DNA from: Thermodesulfobacteriota bacterium | Lineage (GTDB): Bacteria > Desulfobacterota_D > UBA1144 > Nemesobacterales > Mycalebacteriaceae | DNA length: 64,000 nucleotides | Assembly (NCBI GenBank): GCA_965226585.1 | Contig: OZ245366.1 | Span: forward strand, 487,423 to 551,422 | Direction of reading: 5' to 3' | In this document: positions 54,675 to 64,000 of the stretch, piece after piece | How positions within the stretch are numbered: position 1 is the stretch's first letter | How the letters are laid out: every line of letters begins with the position of its first letter | The notes under the pieces: model-generated | Seen by the model: the letters and a program-made list of their open reading frames with translations, nothing else | Database searches by the model: none | Told to the model about the DNA's origin: nothing | Translations under genes and position numbers: made by a program

Positions 54675-56367
54675 GGTGGCTCTGTGCCAGATGAACTGCC
54701 GCGTGGGCGCGATAGGGCGAAATGTTTCCGCCATCAGGCGAAACACCGAAAAAGCCATCGCTTCGGGCGCAGACATCGTCTGTTTTCCCGAACTGGCGGT
54801 TTGCGGCTATCAGCCCGAAGACCTTTTGCTCAAGCCCGCGTTTATAGAGAAAAACATTCAGGGGATGAAGGAACTGAAAAAAGCCGCTTATCCCGTAACG
54901 ATGGTGTTCGGTTTCGTTGAGCGCGGCGGCACAAAAAAATCGCCCTTAATCCATAACGCCGCCGCAGTTGTTTCAGGCGGGCGCGTTTCCGGAATCTACC
55001 GCAAAAACCGGCTTCCGAACTACGGCGTTTTTGACGAAAGCCGCTACTTTGAGAGCGGCAAAGACGCTCCCGTTTTTGAAGGCGGCGGCTTCAGGGCGGG
55101 GGTAACGATATGCGAAGACATCTGGTTTGCAGACGGTCCCGCCGCCGCAATGGCTGAGCGCGGGGCGGATTTGATAATCAACCTTTCCGCCTCTCCCTAC
55201 GCCATCGGCAAACCGCAGGCAAGGGAGAAAATGCTTTCAAAAAGGGCGAAATCGGCGGGCGTTCCGCTTGCCTTTTGCAATCTTGCGGGCGGACAGGACG
55301 AACTGGTTTTTGACGGGCACAGCGTCTTTCTGGACGCTCGCGGGAAGGTTACGGCGCGGGCGCGGGGCTTTGGTGAAGACATGATATTCGGTGATTTTGA
55401 GATTCCCCGGCGGGGAAAGAAAAAACTGCAGAGCGCGGAATACAAAATAAAATCCCCGTCCGCGAAAGAAAAATCCCCCGCGCCCCCCCGTATGGAGAGG
55501 TTCACGGAAAAAGAGGATGAGATATTTTCCGCCCTTGTGCTCGGCACACGCGACTATGTGGAGAAAAACGGCTTCAAGTCCGTTGTTCTCGGTCTGTCGG
55601 GCGGGATAGATTCCGCCCTTGTGGCGGCGGTTGCCGTTGAGGCTCTGGGGGCGGAAAAGGTTGCGGCGGTCAATATGCCGTCTGTTTTCAGTTCCTCTCC
55701 GGGCATCAGGGATTCAGAAAAAGTTGCCCGCAACCTGAACATAGAACTCCTTTCCGTCCCGATACAAGACATCGTTGACTCCTACCGCAAAAATGTGTCC
55801 GCGCCTTTCAAACTTCACTCAGGCGAGAAATCAAGCCCCGCCCTTGAAAACATACAGGCGCGGGTGAGGGGAAACATACTTATGGCGTTTTCCAACCGCT
55901 TCGGGTGGCTTGTGCTGACAACCGGCAACAAAAGCGAACTCAGCATAGGCTACTCAACGCTCTACGGCGACACCGCCGGAGGCTTCGCGGTCATAAAAGA
56001 CGTGAAGAAAACCCTTGTGTACGACCTTGCCCGCTTTTACAACCGCAAGCGCGGTTTTGACGCCATCACAAACTCCGTGATTGAAAGACCTCCGTCCGCA
56101 GAACTTAAAAGGGGGCAGCTTGACTCGGATGAACTCCCGCCCTACGAAGTTCTGGACGAGATACTGAAACACTATGTTGAGCGAGACAGGAGCGTAGCCG
56201 AAACGGTTGCCCTTTCGGGCATGGGAGTGAAAACGGTTCGCAAGGTTATAGACATGGTGGACAGGAACGAATACAAAAGAAGGCAAAGTCCGCCGGGCAT
56301 CAAACTGACCGACAAGGCGTTTGGCAAAGACCGCCGCATGCCGATAACAAACCTCTACCGAAACTGA
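54661..56367 (+). CDS. nadE: Glutamine-dependent NAD+ synthetase (nitrilase domain plus NAD synthase domain)
   Basis: The N-terminal CN-hydrolase has catalytic C in TICEDIWF. The C-terminal PP-loop is SGGIDSALVAAVA. It has a GTG start at 54661 with AGGAGGAG upstream, overlapping the thiI end by 14 nt. Confidence 0.9.
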   Translation: MKRVRVALCQMNCRVGAIGRNVSAIRRNTEKAIASGADIVCFPELAVCGYQPEDLLLKPAFIEKNIQGMKELKKAAYPVTMVFGFVERGGTKKSPLIHNAAAVVSGGRVSGIYRKNRLPNYGVFDESRYFESGKDAPVFEGGGFRAGVTICEDIWFADGPAAAMAERGADLIINLSASPYAIGKPQAREKMLSKRAKSAGVPLAFCNLAGGQDELVFDGHSVFLDARGKVTARARGFGEDMIFGDFEIPRRGKKKLQSAEYKIKSPSAKEKSPAPPRMERFTEKEDEIFSALVLGTRDYVEKNGFKSVVLGLSGGIDSALVAAVAVEALGAEKVAAVNMPSVFSSSPGIRDSEKVARNLNIELLSVPIQDIVDSYRKNVSAPFKLHSGEKSSPALENIQARVRGNILMAFSNRFGWLVLTTGNKSELSIGYSTLYGDTAGGFAVIKDVKKTLVYDLARFYNRKRGFDAITNSVIERPPSAELKRGQLDSDELPPYEVLDEILKHYVERDRSVAETVALSGMGVKTVRKVIDMVDRNEYKRRQSPPGIKLTDKAFGKDRRMPITNLYRN

Positions 56368-56455
56368 CTCCGTGTTTTTGAAATAAGGCGGGTTTTCTGT
56401 TAGCTTAAAACCCCTGAAATTGTAGTTGGAGTTTCCCGCGACAAAGGGGTGATTT

Positions 56456-59400
56456 ATGGGTTTTTCCTTTGAGAAACAAGGTCTTTATGACCCCTCTTTT
56501 GAGCACGATTCGTGCGGAGTGGGTTTTATTGCCAACATAAAGGGCGTAAAATCGCGCTCCATCGTGGCGGACGCCCTGACCGTTCTTCAAAACCTTGAAC
56601 ACAGAGGGGCGTGCGGATGCGAGCCCGAAACCGGTGACGGCGCGGGCATTCTGATACAGATACCTCACGGGTTTTTCAGCAAGCAGTGCTCTTCCTCCGG
56701 GGCGGAGCTTCCGCCTCCGGGAGACTACGGCGTGTGCATGATGTTTGCCCCCCCGGACGAAAAAGAGAGGGAGAGCGCGCTCAAAACTTTTGAGAAGATA
56801 GTGGAAAGCGAGGGGCAGACGGTTATCCACACAAGAGCCGTGCCGACAGACAACTCTTCGCTTGGCAAAACATCAAGAGAGTCTGAGCCGTTTTCATGTC
56901 AGATGTTCATAAGGCGCGGCTCATCCACCAAGCCCGGAACGGAGTTTGAAAGGGCTCTGTTTGTCATAAGAAAACAGGCGGAAAAACAGATAAATTCCGA
57001 ATGGTTCTACGTTTCAAGCATTTCTTCAAAAACCGTTGTCTACAAGGGAATGCTCACCACCGCTCAAGTGCCTCTCTACTATCCCGACCTTGCGCACGAA
57101 AAAATGGAGAGCGCGATAGCCCTTGTGCATTCGCGTTTCAGCACAAACACCACCCCGAACTGGAGCAGGGCGCATCCGTACCGCTTTATTATCCACAACG
57201 GCGAGATAAACACCTTGCGCGGAAACACAAACTGGATGCATTCAAGACACCCGATGCTCGGGGCAGACGGCGGGGCTTTCGGCTCAGAACCGGAAAAGGT
57301 TTTCCCCCTCACAGAGCAAGACGGAAGCGACAGCGCGGCTTTTGACAACTGCCTTGAACTTCTAACCCTTTGCGGCTTTTCAATAGAGCACGCCGTTATG
57401 ATGATGGTTCCCGAACCGTGGTTTAAGCACAAAGATATGGACGAAGCGGCGCGGGCGTTTTACAGGTATCACGGCTGTCTGATGGAGCCGTGGGACGGTC
57501 CCGCGTCCGTTTGCTTTACAGACGGCGAAAAGGTTGGAGCCGTGCTTGACAGAAACGGGCTTCGCCCCGGCAGGTACTACGTTACAACCGACGACACGGT
57601 GATACTTTCCTCTGAAGTCGGCGTTCTTCCGGTCGCGCCCGAAAAGGTGGTCTCAAAAGGGCGGCTTGAGCCGGGGCGGATGCTTCTGGTTGACACTCGC
57701 GAAGGCAGAATAGTGGAAGACGGGGAAATAAAATCCGGTCTTTCAGAAGCGTTTCCCTACAAGAAATGGACTGACGAGCACATGGTTAATCTGTCTGCCG
57801 TAGGGCCCGCGCCCGCAAGGGAAAACGGGATCGCGCCCTCAGACATTCTGATTCAGCAAAAGATATTCGGATACACATTTGAGGAGATACGGATACTGCT
57901 TGAGCCGATGGCTCTAAACGGCGTGGAGCCGGTGGGGGCGATGGGCAAAGACGTTCCGCTCGCGGTTCTTTCCGAAAGACCCAAACTGCTCTACAACTAC
58001 TTCAATCAACTCTTCGCGCAGGTTACAAACCCGCCCATAGACTCAATCAGAGAGGAGATTGTTACGGCGTCAAACATGAATCTGGGCGCGATGGGAAACC
58101 TGTTCAGCCCCGCCCCGGACAGTTGCAAAGTGATACAGATAGACAGCCCGATTTTATCAGGCGGCGAGATGGAAAAGATTCGCAACCTTTCGGGCGGTTT
58201 CAAATCAGCCGTGCTGGAAAGTTTTTTTGACCCCGGCGGCGGCGGAAAATCGCTTGAATCAGCCCTTGAGGAGATGTTCTCAAAAGCCGATGAAGCGGTG
58301 CGGGGCGGCGCGAATGTGCTGATAATTTCAGACCGGGGAGCCGGAAAGGGAAAATGCCCCGTCCCCGCGCTTCTTGCCACGGGCGGGCTTCACCACCACA
58401 TGATACGGAGCGGAAACCGGATGAAGGCAAGCATAGTTGTTGAGTCGGGAGAGCCGAGAGAGGTTCATCACTTTGCCCTGCTTATAGGCTACGGCGCTTC
58501 GGCGGTCAACCCGTATCTGGCTTTTGAAACCCTTGCCGATATGAAACGTTCGGGCGCGCTTGCAATAGAACTTGATGACGCTTACAAAAACTACATCACG
58601 GGAATGACAAAGGGGATAGTCAAAATAATGTCGAAAATGGGCATCTCCACCGTGCAGAGTTATCACGGGGCGCAGATTTTTGAGGCTCTTGGTCTTTCAG
58701 ACGAACTTGTGGACAGATACTTCACCCGCACACAGTCGCGGATAGGCGGAATAGGCATAGATATTGTTGCCGAAGAGGCGGCGCAGAGATACGCAAAGGC
58801 GTTTCCCGAACGCGGAGATTCGTCTGCCGAACCGCTTGAAGAGGGCGGCGTTTACCAGTGGAGGCGCGAGGGCGAGGCGCATATGTACAGCCCGAAAACT
58901 GTTCACACCTTGCAGAGGGCTTGCCGCACGGGAGATTTCTCGATGTTTGAAAAGTTTTCAGAACTCGTGGGAAATGAGGAGCGCGCGCATTTCACCTTGA
59001 GGGGAATGCTTGATTTCAAGTTTCAGAAAAACCCCGTTCCGCTTGAAGAGGTGGAGCCGGAAGAGGAAATACTCAGGCGTTTCAAAACGGGCGCGATGTC
59101 TTACGGCTCCATAAGCGCGGAAGCGCACGAGAGCCTTGCCATAGCGATGAACAGAGTGGGCGGCAAAAGCAACACCGGGGAAGGCGGGGAAGACACCCGC
59201 AGGTGGACGCCCGATGAAAACGGCGACCTGCGCCGGAGCGCGATAAAACAGGTGGCTTCGGGCAGATTCGGTGTTACGGGCGAGTATCTTGCCAACTCCG
59301 ATGAGATACAGATAAAAATGGCGCAGGGCGCGAAGCCCGGCGAGGGCGGACAGCTTCCGGGCAAAAAGGTGTACCCGTGGATAGCCAAAGTGCGTCTTTC

Positions 59401-61036
59401 CACTCCCGGAGTGGGTCTAATATCACCGCCGCCTCACCACGACATCTACTCCATTGAAGACCTCGCGGAATTGATATACGACCTTAAAAACTCAAATCCC
59501 GCAGCGCGGGTGAACGTCAAACTCGTTTCAGAGGCGGGCGTGGGAACCATCGCGGCGGGTGTTGCCAAAGGGCACGCCGATGTGATTCTGGTAAGCGGAA
59601 ATGACGGCGGCACGGGCGCGTCTCCCCAGAACAGCATTCAATACGCCGGGCTTCCGTGGGAACTCGGCGTTAGCGAAACGCACCAGACCCTTCTTCTGAA
59701 CAACCTCAGAAGCCGCGTGGTTCTTGAGACGGACGGGCATATGAAAACCGGCAGAGACGTTGCCATCGCCGCGCTTCTGGGAGCCGAGGAATACGGGTTT
59801 TCAACCTCTCCGCTTATCGCGCTCGGCTGTATAATGATGAGGGTTTGCCATCTGGACACCTGCCCCGTAGGCGTGGCGACACAAAACCCCTCACTCCGCG
59901 AAAAATTCACCGGAGACCCCGCCCATGTGGTCAACTTCATGCGTTTTGTCGCCCGCCAGATGCGGCAGATTATGGCACAGCTGGGCTTCCGCACGATGAA
60001 TGAAATGATAGGCAGAACAGACAAACTGAAAGCCGTAAAGCCCGAAGGGCACTGGAAGGCGGCGGATATTAATCTGGACGCGATACTGCACCGCCCTGAT
60101 GTTCCCGCAAACTACGGAACCTACTGTCAGATTAAACAGGATCACGGCATAGGCGAGAGTCTTGACATGACAAAACTGCTGAAAATCTGCGCTCCGGCGA
60201 TAGAAAGGCGCGAAAAGGTTGAGGCGTCTGTCGCCATAAAAAACACAGACCGCACGGCGGGCACGATAGTTGGCAATAAAATATCATCCGCCTACGGATC
60301 TTCTTCTCTTGATGACGACACCGTTACGCTAAAATTCAGCGGCTCTGCGGGGCAGAGTTTCGCGGCTTTTGTTCCGAAAGGGATGACCATGCTTCTTGAA
60401 GGTGATTCAAACGACTACATCGGCAAAGGGCTTTCGGGTGGAAAGGTGGCGGTTTTTCCGCCGAAGCAGTCAACCTTTGCGGCTGAAGAAAACGTGATAA
60501 CCGGCAACGTGGCTTTCTACGGGGCGACTGCGGGCGAGGCGTACATACGCGGGGCGGCTGGAGAGCGTTTTTGCGTGAGAAACAGCGGTGTGGACGCCGT
60601 TGTTGAAGGCGTGGGAGACCATGCGTGCGAGTACATGACCGGAGGCCGTGTGGCGGTTCTCGGCTCTGCGGGCAGGAACTTCGCGGCGGGAATGTCGGGC
60701 GGGGTGGCTTATGTTTTTGACGAAAGCGGGGATTTTGAGGAGAAAAAGTGCAACACTCAGGTGGTTTCCGTCTCATCTGTTCCGCCCGAAGACGGCAAGT
60801 CTCTCAAAACGATGATTATGCGCCATCTCCAGTACACCGGAAGCACAGTTGCCGAAAGGATTTTGAGCGACTGGGAGGCGTCTTTGAGCAGGTTCGTCAA
60901 GGTAACGCCCAACGACTACAAAAGGATGCTTGACTCCATCAAAAGAGTGGAAGACAGGGGTCTCAGCGGAGAGGAGGCGCTTATGGCGGCGTTTGAGGAA
61001 AACATCAAAGATGCGTCCCGCGTAAGCGGCAATTAG
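56456..61036 (+). CDS. gltB: Glutamate synthase large subunit
   Basis: It is 1526 aa with an N-terminal Ntn amidotransferase (CGVGF), a central FMN/Fe-S domain and a C-terminal GXGXG domain. Confidence 0.95.
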   Translation: MGFSFEKQGLYDPSFEHDSCGVGFIANIKGVKSRSIVADALTVLQNLEHRGACGCEPETGDGAGILIQIPHGFFSKQCSSSGAELPPPGDYGVCMMFAPPDEKERESALKTFEKIVESEGQTVIHTRAVPTDNSSLGKTSRESEPFSCQMFIRRGSSTKPGTEFERALFVIRKQAEKQINSEWFYVSSISSKTVVYKGMLTTAQVPLYYPDLAHEKMESAIALVHSRFSTNTTPNWSRAHPYRFIIHNGEINTLRGNTNWMHSRHPMLGADGGAFGSEPEKVFPLTEQDGSDSAAFDNCLELLTLCGFSIEHAVMMMVPEPWFKHKDMDEAARAFYRYHGCLMEPWDGPASVCFTDGEKVGAVLDRNGLRPGRYYVTTDDTVILSSEVGVLPVAPEKVVSKGRLEPGRMLLVDTREGRIVEDGEIKSGLSEAFPYKKWTDEHMVNLSAVGPAPARENGIAPSDILIQQKIFGYTFEEIRILLEPMALNGVEPVGAMGKDVPLAVLSERPKLLYNYFNQLFAQVTNPPIDSIREEIVTASNMNLGAMGNLFSPAPDSCKVIQIDSPILSGGEMEKIRNLSGGFKSAVLESFFDPGGGGKSLESALEEMFSKADEAVRGGANVLIISDRGAGKGKCPVPALLATGGLHHHMIRSGNRMKASIVVESGEPREVHHFALLIGYGASAVNPYLAFETLADMKRSGALAIELDDAYKNYITGMTKGIVKIMSKMGISTVQSYHGAQIFEALGLSDELVDRYFTRTQSRIGGIGIDIVAEEAAQRYAKAFPERGDSSAEPLEEGGVYQWRREGEAHMYSPKTVHTLQRACRTGDFSMFEKFSELVGNEERAHFTLRGMLDFKFQKNPVPLEEVEPEEEILRRFKTGAMSYGSISAEAHESLAIAMNRVGGKSNTGEGGEDTRRWTPDENGDLRRSAIKQVASGRFGVTGEYLANSDEIQIKMAQGAKPGEGGQLPGKKVYPWIAKVRLSTPGVGLISPPPHHDIYSIEDLAELIYDLKNSNPAARVNVKLVSEAGVGTIAAGVAKGHADVILVSGNDGGTGASPQNSIQYAGLPWELGVSETHQTLLLNNLRSRVVLETDGHMKTGRDVAIAALLGAEEYGFSTSPLIALGCIMMRVCHLDTCPVGVATQNPSLREKFTGDPAHVVNFMRFVARQMRQIMAQLGFRTMNEMIGRTDKLKAVKPEGHWKAADINLDAILHRPDVPANYGTYCQIKQDHGIGESLDMTKLLKICAPAIERREKVEASVAIKNTDRTAGTIVGNKISSAYGSSSLDDDTVTLKFSGSAGQSFAAFVPKGMTMLLEGDSNDYIGKGLSGGKVAVFPPKQSTFAAEENVITGNVAFYGATAGEAYIRGAAGERFCVRNSGVDAVVEGVGDHACEYMTGGRVAVLGSAGRNFAAGMSGGVAYVFDESGDFEEKKCNTQVVSVSSVPPEDGKSLKTMIMRHLQYTGSTVAERILSDWEASLSRFVKVTPNDYKRMLDSIKRVEDRGLSGEEALMAAFEENIKDASRVSGN

Positions 61037-61044
61037 GAGAAACA

Positions 61045-62526
61045 ATGGGAAACCCTACAGGATTTATGCTCCACAACAGGAGAACGGGAAAAGACCGAGA
61101 CCCTTCCGAAAGAGTTTCGGACTGGGATGAGTTTCACGGTCATCTTTCAGAAAAAGACCTTGGCGTTCAGGGTTCAAGATGTATGGACTGCGGAGTGCCG
61201 TTTTGCCAGACGGGCGATATTCTCGCCGGAATGGCGACCGGGTGCCCGGTCTACAACCTGATTCCCGAATGGAACGACCTTGTCTACAAGGGCAAATGGC
61301 GCGAGGCTCTCGGCAGGCTTCACAAAACCAACAACTTTCCGGAATTCACCGGCAGGGTTTGCCCCGCGCCGTGCGAAGGTTCCTGTGTTCTCGGCATAAA
61401 CGAGCCGCCGGTAACCATCAAGGCGATAGAGTGCGCGATAGTGGACAAGGGCTTTGAGGAGGGCTGGATAGTTCCCGAACCTCCCTCCCGCCGCACGGGT
61501 AAAAAAGTGGCGGTTGTGGGCTCCGGTCCCGCCGGGCTTGCGTGCGCGGCGCAACTGAACAAAGCCGGACACAGCGTTGTTGTCTATGAGAGAGACGACC
61601 GCATTGGCGGTCTTTTGATGTACGGGATTCCCAATCCGCACCTTGACAAAAAGGTTGTGGAAAGGCGGGTGGACATTCTCAAACGGGAAGGCGTTGAGTT
61701 TGTCGTGAGCACGGAGATTGGAAAAGACATAGAGCCTCGAGACCTTGTGAGGGATAACGATGCGGTTGTTATCTGCAGCGGGGCGACAAAGCCCAGAGAC
61801 CTTGACGTTGAGGGCAGAAAATCAGAGGGCGTGTATTTCGCGATGGATTTTTTGCGGGGAAACACAAAAAAGCTTCTGGACAGCGGCTTCAAAACCGCGG
61901 GTGACATATCCGCCGAGGGCAAAGACGTTATCGTTCTGGGTGGCGGAGACACCGGAACGGACTGTGTTGCGACCTCAATGAGGCACGGATGCAAGAGTCT
62001 TCTGCAGTTTGAGATACTTCCCATGCCTCCCGAAAAAAGGGGCGCGGAAAACCCCTGGCCCCAGTGGCCCAGAGTGTACAAACTGGACTACGGGCAGGAA
62101 GAGGCGATGGCAAAGTTCGGCGGCGACCCGCGCAAATACCGCGTTCTCACAAAAAGCATTGAAACGGGCGGCGGCAGAGTAAAAGGGCTTAACACCGTGC
62201 GTATAGAGTGGAAACAGTCTGCGGACGGGCGTATGGAGATAGAGGAACAGCCCGGAACGGAAGAGTTTTTCCCCGCCCAGCTGGTTCTGCTCGCGCTCGG
62301 GTTTCTGGGTCCCGAACAGGGGCTGATAGACAAACTGGGCTTGGATAAAGACGACCGCTCCAACATCAACGCTCAATACGGCAAGTATCAGACCAGTGTT
62401 GAAAAAGTGTTTGCCGCCGGAGACGCGAGAAGAGGGCAGAGTCTTGTTGTGTGGGCGATAAACGAGGGGCGCGAAGCCGCCAGAGAGTGCGACCGCTACC
62501 TTATGGGTTCAACCGAACTCCCTTGA
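61045..62526 (+). CDS. gltD: Glutamate synthase small subunit (NADPH)
   Basis: It has N-terminal Fe-S Cys clusters and an FAD/NADPH Rossmann (KVAVVGSGPAGLACA), at 493 aa. Confidence 0.9.
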   Translation: MGNPTGFMLHNRRTGKDRDPSERVSDWDEFHGHLSEKDLGVQGSRCMDCGVPFCQTGDILAGMATGCPVYNLIPEWNDLVYKGKWREALGRLHKTNNFPEFTGRVCPAPCEGSCVLGINEPPVTIKAIECAIVDKGFEEGWIVPEPPSRRTGKKVAVVGSGPAGLACAAQLNKAGHSVVVYERDDRIGGLLMYGIPNPHLDKKVVERRVDILKREGVEFVVSTEIGKDIEPRDLVRDNDAVVICSGATKPRDLDVEGRKSEGVYFAMDFLRGNTKKLLDSGFKTAGDISAEGKDVIVLGGGDTGTDCVATSMRHGCKSLLQFEILPMPPEKRGAENPWPQWPRVYKLDYGQEEAMAKFGGDPRKYRVLTKSIETGGGRVKGLNTVRIEWKQSADGRMEIEEQPGTEEFFPAQLVLLALGFLGPEQGLIDKLGLDKDDRSNINAQYGKYQTSVEKVFAAGDARRGQSLVVWAINEGREAARECDRYLMGSTELP

Positions 62527-62528
62527 CT

Positions 62529-63719
62529 ATGAAAGACTTGACCCCCACAGAGCAACTTGAGATTATCAAGAGGGGCGCAGACAATGTTGTCTCCGACTCT
62601 GAACTTATTGACAAGTTGAGCAAGACCCGACCCCTGCGCGTCAAAGCCGGATTTGACCCCACCGCGCCCGACCTTCACCTTGGGCATTGTGTTCTTTTGA
62701 AGAAACTGAGGGATTTTCAAGATCTGGGGCACACGGTTGTTTTTCTCATAGGCGATTTCACGGCGCAGATAGGCGATCCAAGCGGCAGGGCGGACGAGAG
62801 ACCTCTTCTTTCTCCCGAAGACATAAAGAAAAACGCGCAAACCTACAAAAGCCAGGTTTTTCCCATACTGAACAAAGAGCAGACCGAAGTGCGTTTCAAC
62901 TCGGAATGGCATTCCGGCATGAGTTCGGAAGACCTTTTGCGCCTTGCGTCAATGGCGAATGTTGCCAATTTGCTTGAAAGGGATGACTTCAAAACCCGCT
63001 ACAAGGCGGGAAAACCCATATCAATAAAGGAGTTTCTCTATCCGCTGATACAGGCGTATGACTCTGTTGCCCTTGAGGCGGATGTTGAGATAGGCGGCAC
63101 AGACCAGACTTTTAATCTTTTGCTTGGCAGAGAGGTGCAGAAGCGGTTTAATCAGCCTCAGCAGGCGGCGGTTTTTCTGCCCATACTTGAAGGGCTTGAC
63201 GGCGTGAACAAGATGTCAAAATCGCTTGGCAATTACATAGCGGTAAAAGACACGCCTGAGGATGTGTTTGCAAAGGTTATGTCTGTTTCCGATGAGATGA
63301 TGTGGAGATATTACGACCTGCTCAGTTCAAAGACTGCGGATGAGGTTAAGGGTTTGAAAAAAGAGCATCCTATGGACGCGAAAAAGACGCTTGCGTTTGA
63401 GATAACGGCGTGGCTGAACGGTGAAAAAGAGGCAAAACAGGCGGAAGGCGCGTTTGCGGGCAAGTTTTCAAAAAGGGAGTTTCCCGAAGATGCTCCTGAA
63501 AAAGAGGTTTCACGCGGAAATATAAAGACGGTTCTTGATTTCGCGGTTGAGGTTTCGGATTCGCTGAAAAGCAGGGCGGAGGCGAAACGTCTGATAGCGC
63601 AGGGCGGATTGACAATAAACGGCGAGAAGTATTCCGACCACGGCGCAAACGCGCCTGAGGGAGAGGTTTTTGAGGTTAAAATTGGGAAGAAGGAGTTTGT
63701 GAGGGCGCGGGTGGGGTGA
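62529..63719 (+). CDS. tyrS: Tyrosine--tRNA ligase
   Basis: It has the class I HIGH (HLGH), KMSKS (KMSKSLGN) and a C-terminal S4-like domain. I placed the start at MKDLTPTEQ (ATG at 62529), 2 nt after the gltD stop. Confidence 0.93.
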   Translation: MKDLTPTEQLEIIKRGADNVVSDSELIDKLSKTRPLRVKAGFDPTAPDLHLGHCVLLKKLRDFQDLGHTVVFLIGDFTAQIGDPSGRADERPLLSPEDIKKNAQTYKSQVFPILNKEQTEVRFNSEWHSGMSSEDLLRLASMANVANLLERDDFKTRYKAGKPISIKEFLYPLIQAYDSVALEADVEIGGTDQTFNLLLGREVQKRFNQPQQAAVFLPILEGLDGVNKMSKSLGNYIAVKDTPEDVFAKVMSVSDEMMWRYYDLLSSKTADEVKGLKKEHPMDAKKTLAFEITAWLNGEKEAKQAEGAFAGKFSKREFPEDAPEKEVSRGNIKTVLDFAVEVSDSLKSRAEAKRLIAQGGLTINGEKYSDHGANAPEGEVFEVKIGKKEFVRARVG

Positions 63720-63758
63720 ATCTGTTATATTAGACAGCAACGGGAGACACGCCCAGAT

Positions 63759-64000
63759 ATGAAAACGCCCGCCATTCCGCATTTTTACCGCCAGAGATTG
63801 TTGCTTGCTCTTATAAGAGAGTTTGAAGGCGACATGAACAGAACCGATCTTCATAAACGCCTTTTCCTGTTTATGCGGGAAGAGGGGCGCAGTGAATACG
63901 AGTTTTTTCCTTACAAATACGGTTGCTGGTCAATGAACTGCGACAACGACCTGCAGAGATTGTCCCGGTTAGGATGGCTTGAGACGGGTGATAACGTCAG
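63759..64000 (+). CDS. Partial CDS (N-terminus only; runs off the window end), hypothetical
   Basis: An ATG at 63759 opens a frame (MKTPAIPHFYRQRLLLALIREFEGDMNRTDLHKRLFLFMREEGRSEYEFFPYKYGCWSMNCDNDLQRLSRLGWLETGDNV...) that stays open to the edge. No domain was recognised. Confidence 0.3.
   Translation, partial: MKTPAIPHFYRQRLLLALIREFEGDMNRTDLHKRLFLFMREEGRSEYEFFPYKYGCWSMNCDNDLQRLSRLGWLETGDNV

Noticed and set aside
56456-61036. Numerous 60-150-aa ORFs on both strands within gltB, and similarly within gcvP, leuS and thrS
   Set aside because: They are nested in or antisense to long, motif-rich housekeeping genes. I take them as high-GC open-frame artefacts.

Overview
This is a chromosomal segment of a fairly GC-rich, diderm (Gram-negative-type) bacterium; TonB-dependent receptor, SurA-like chaperone, OM beta-barrels and MerP-like periplasmic protein point that way. 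Core housekeeping genes are dense and in conserved order: mnmG, leuS, thrS-infC-rpmI-rplT, gcvT-gcvH-gcvP, mfd, leuB, truA, an S41 protease, thiI, nadE, gltB-gltD, tyrS, thiE and thrC. A divergent zinc-uptake locus is present: znuA | zur-znuC-znuB plus a His/Glu-rich OM protein, with a perfect 20-bp Zur-type palindrome in the shared promoter. It is followed by a MerT/MerP-like transporter pair plus a small OM barrel that has no merA or merR. Three accessory patches are visibly AT-rich by eye against the background (no GC was computed). The first is bp 1-5640, a same-strand string of AAA+(DUF4143), HTH-fused HsdM-like methyltransferase, NYN nuclease and Fic, with the Fic C-terminal third itself AT-rich. 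The second is bp 23085-26940, a tightly coupled four-gene operon of a PD-(D/E)xK restriction enzyme, a beta-class DNA methyltransferase and two proteins of unknown function, the larger carrying an N-terminal Mrr/NERD-like nuclease signature; it sits beside a second Fic gene whose promoter carries three different perfect palindromes. The third is bp 32845-36180, an island delimited by two tRNA-Val genes and carrying two unknown proteins translationally coupled to an SPPY-type DNA methyltransferase, a small membrane protein and a proline-rich mini-ORF. None of the three patches carries an integrase or transposase. I regard the R-M-X-Y operon and the tRNA-Val-flanked P1-P2-MTase operon as the best candidates for undescribed defence-type systems. 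No CRISPR array, rRNA or IS element was seen. All domain calls rest on motif recognition by eye, not on database searches.
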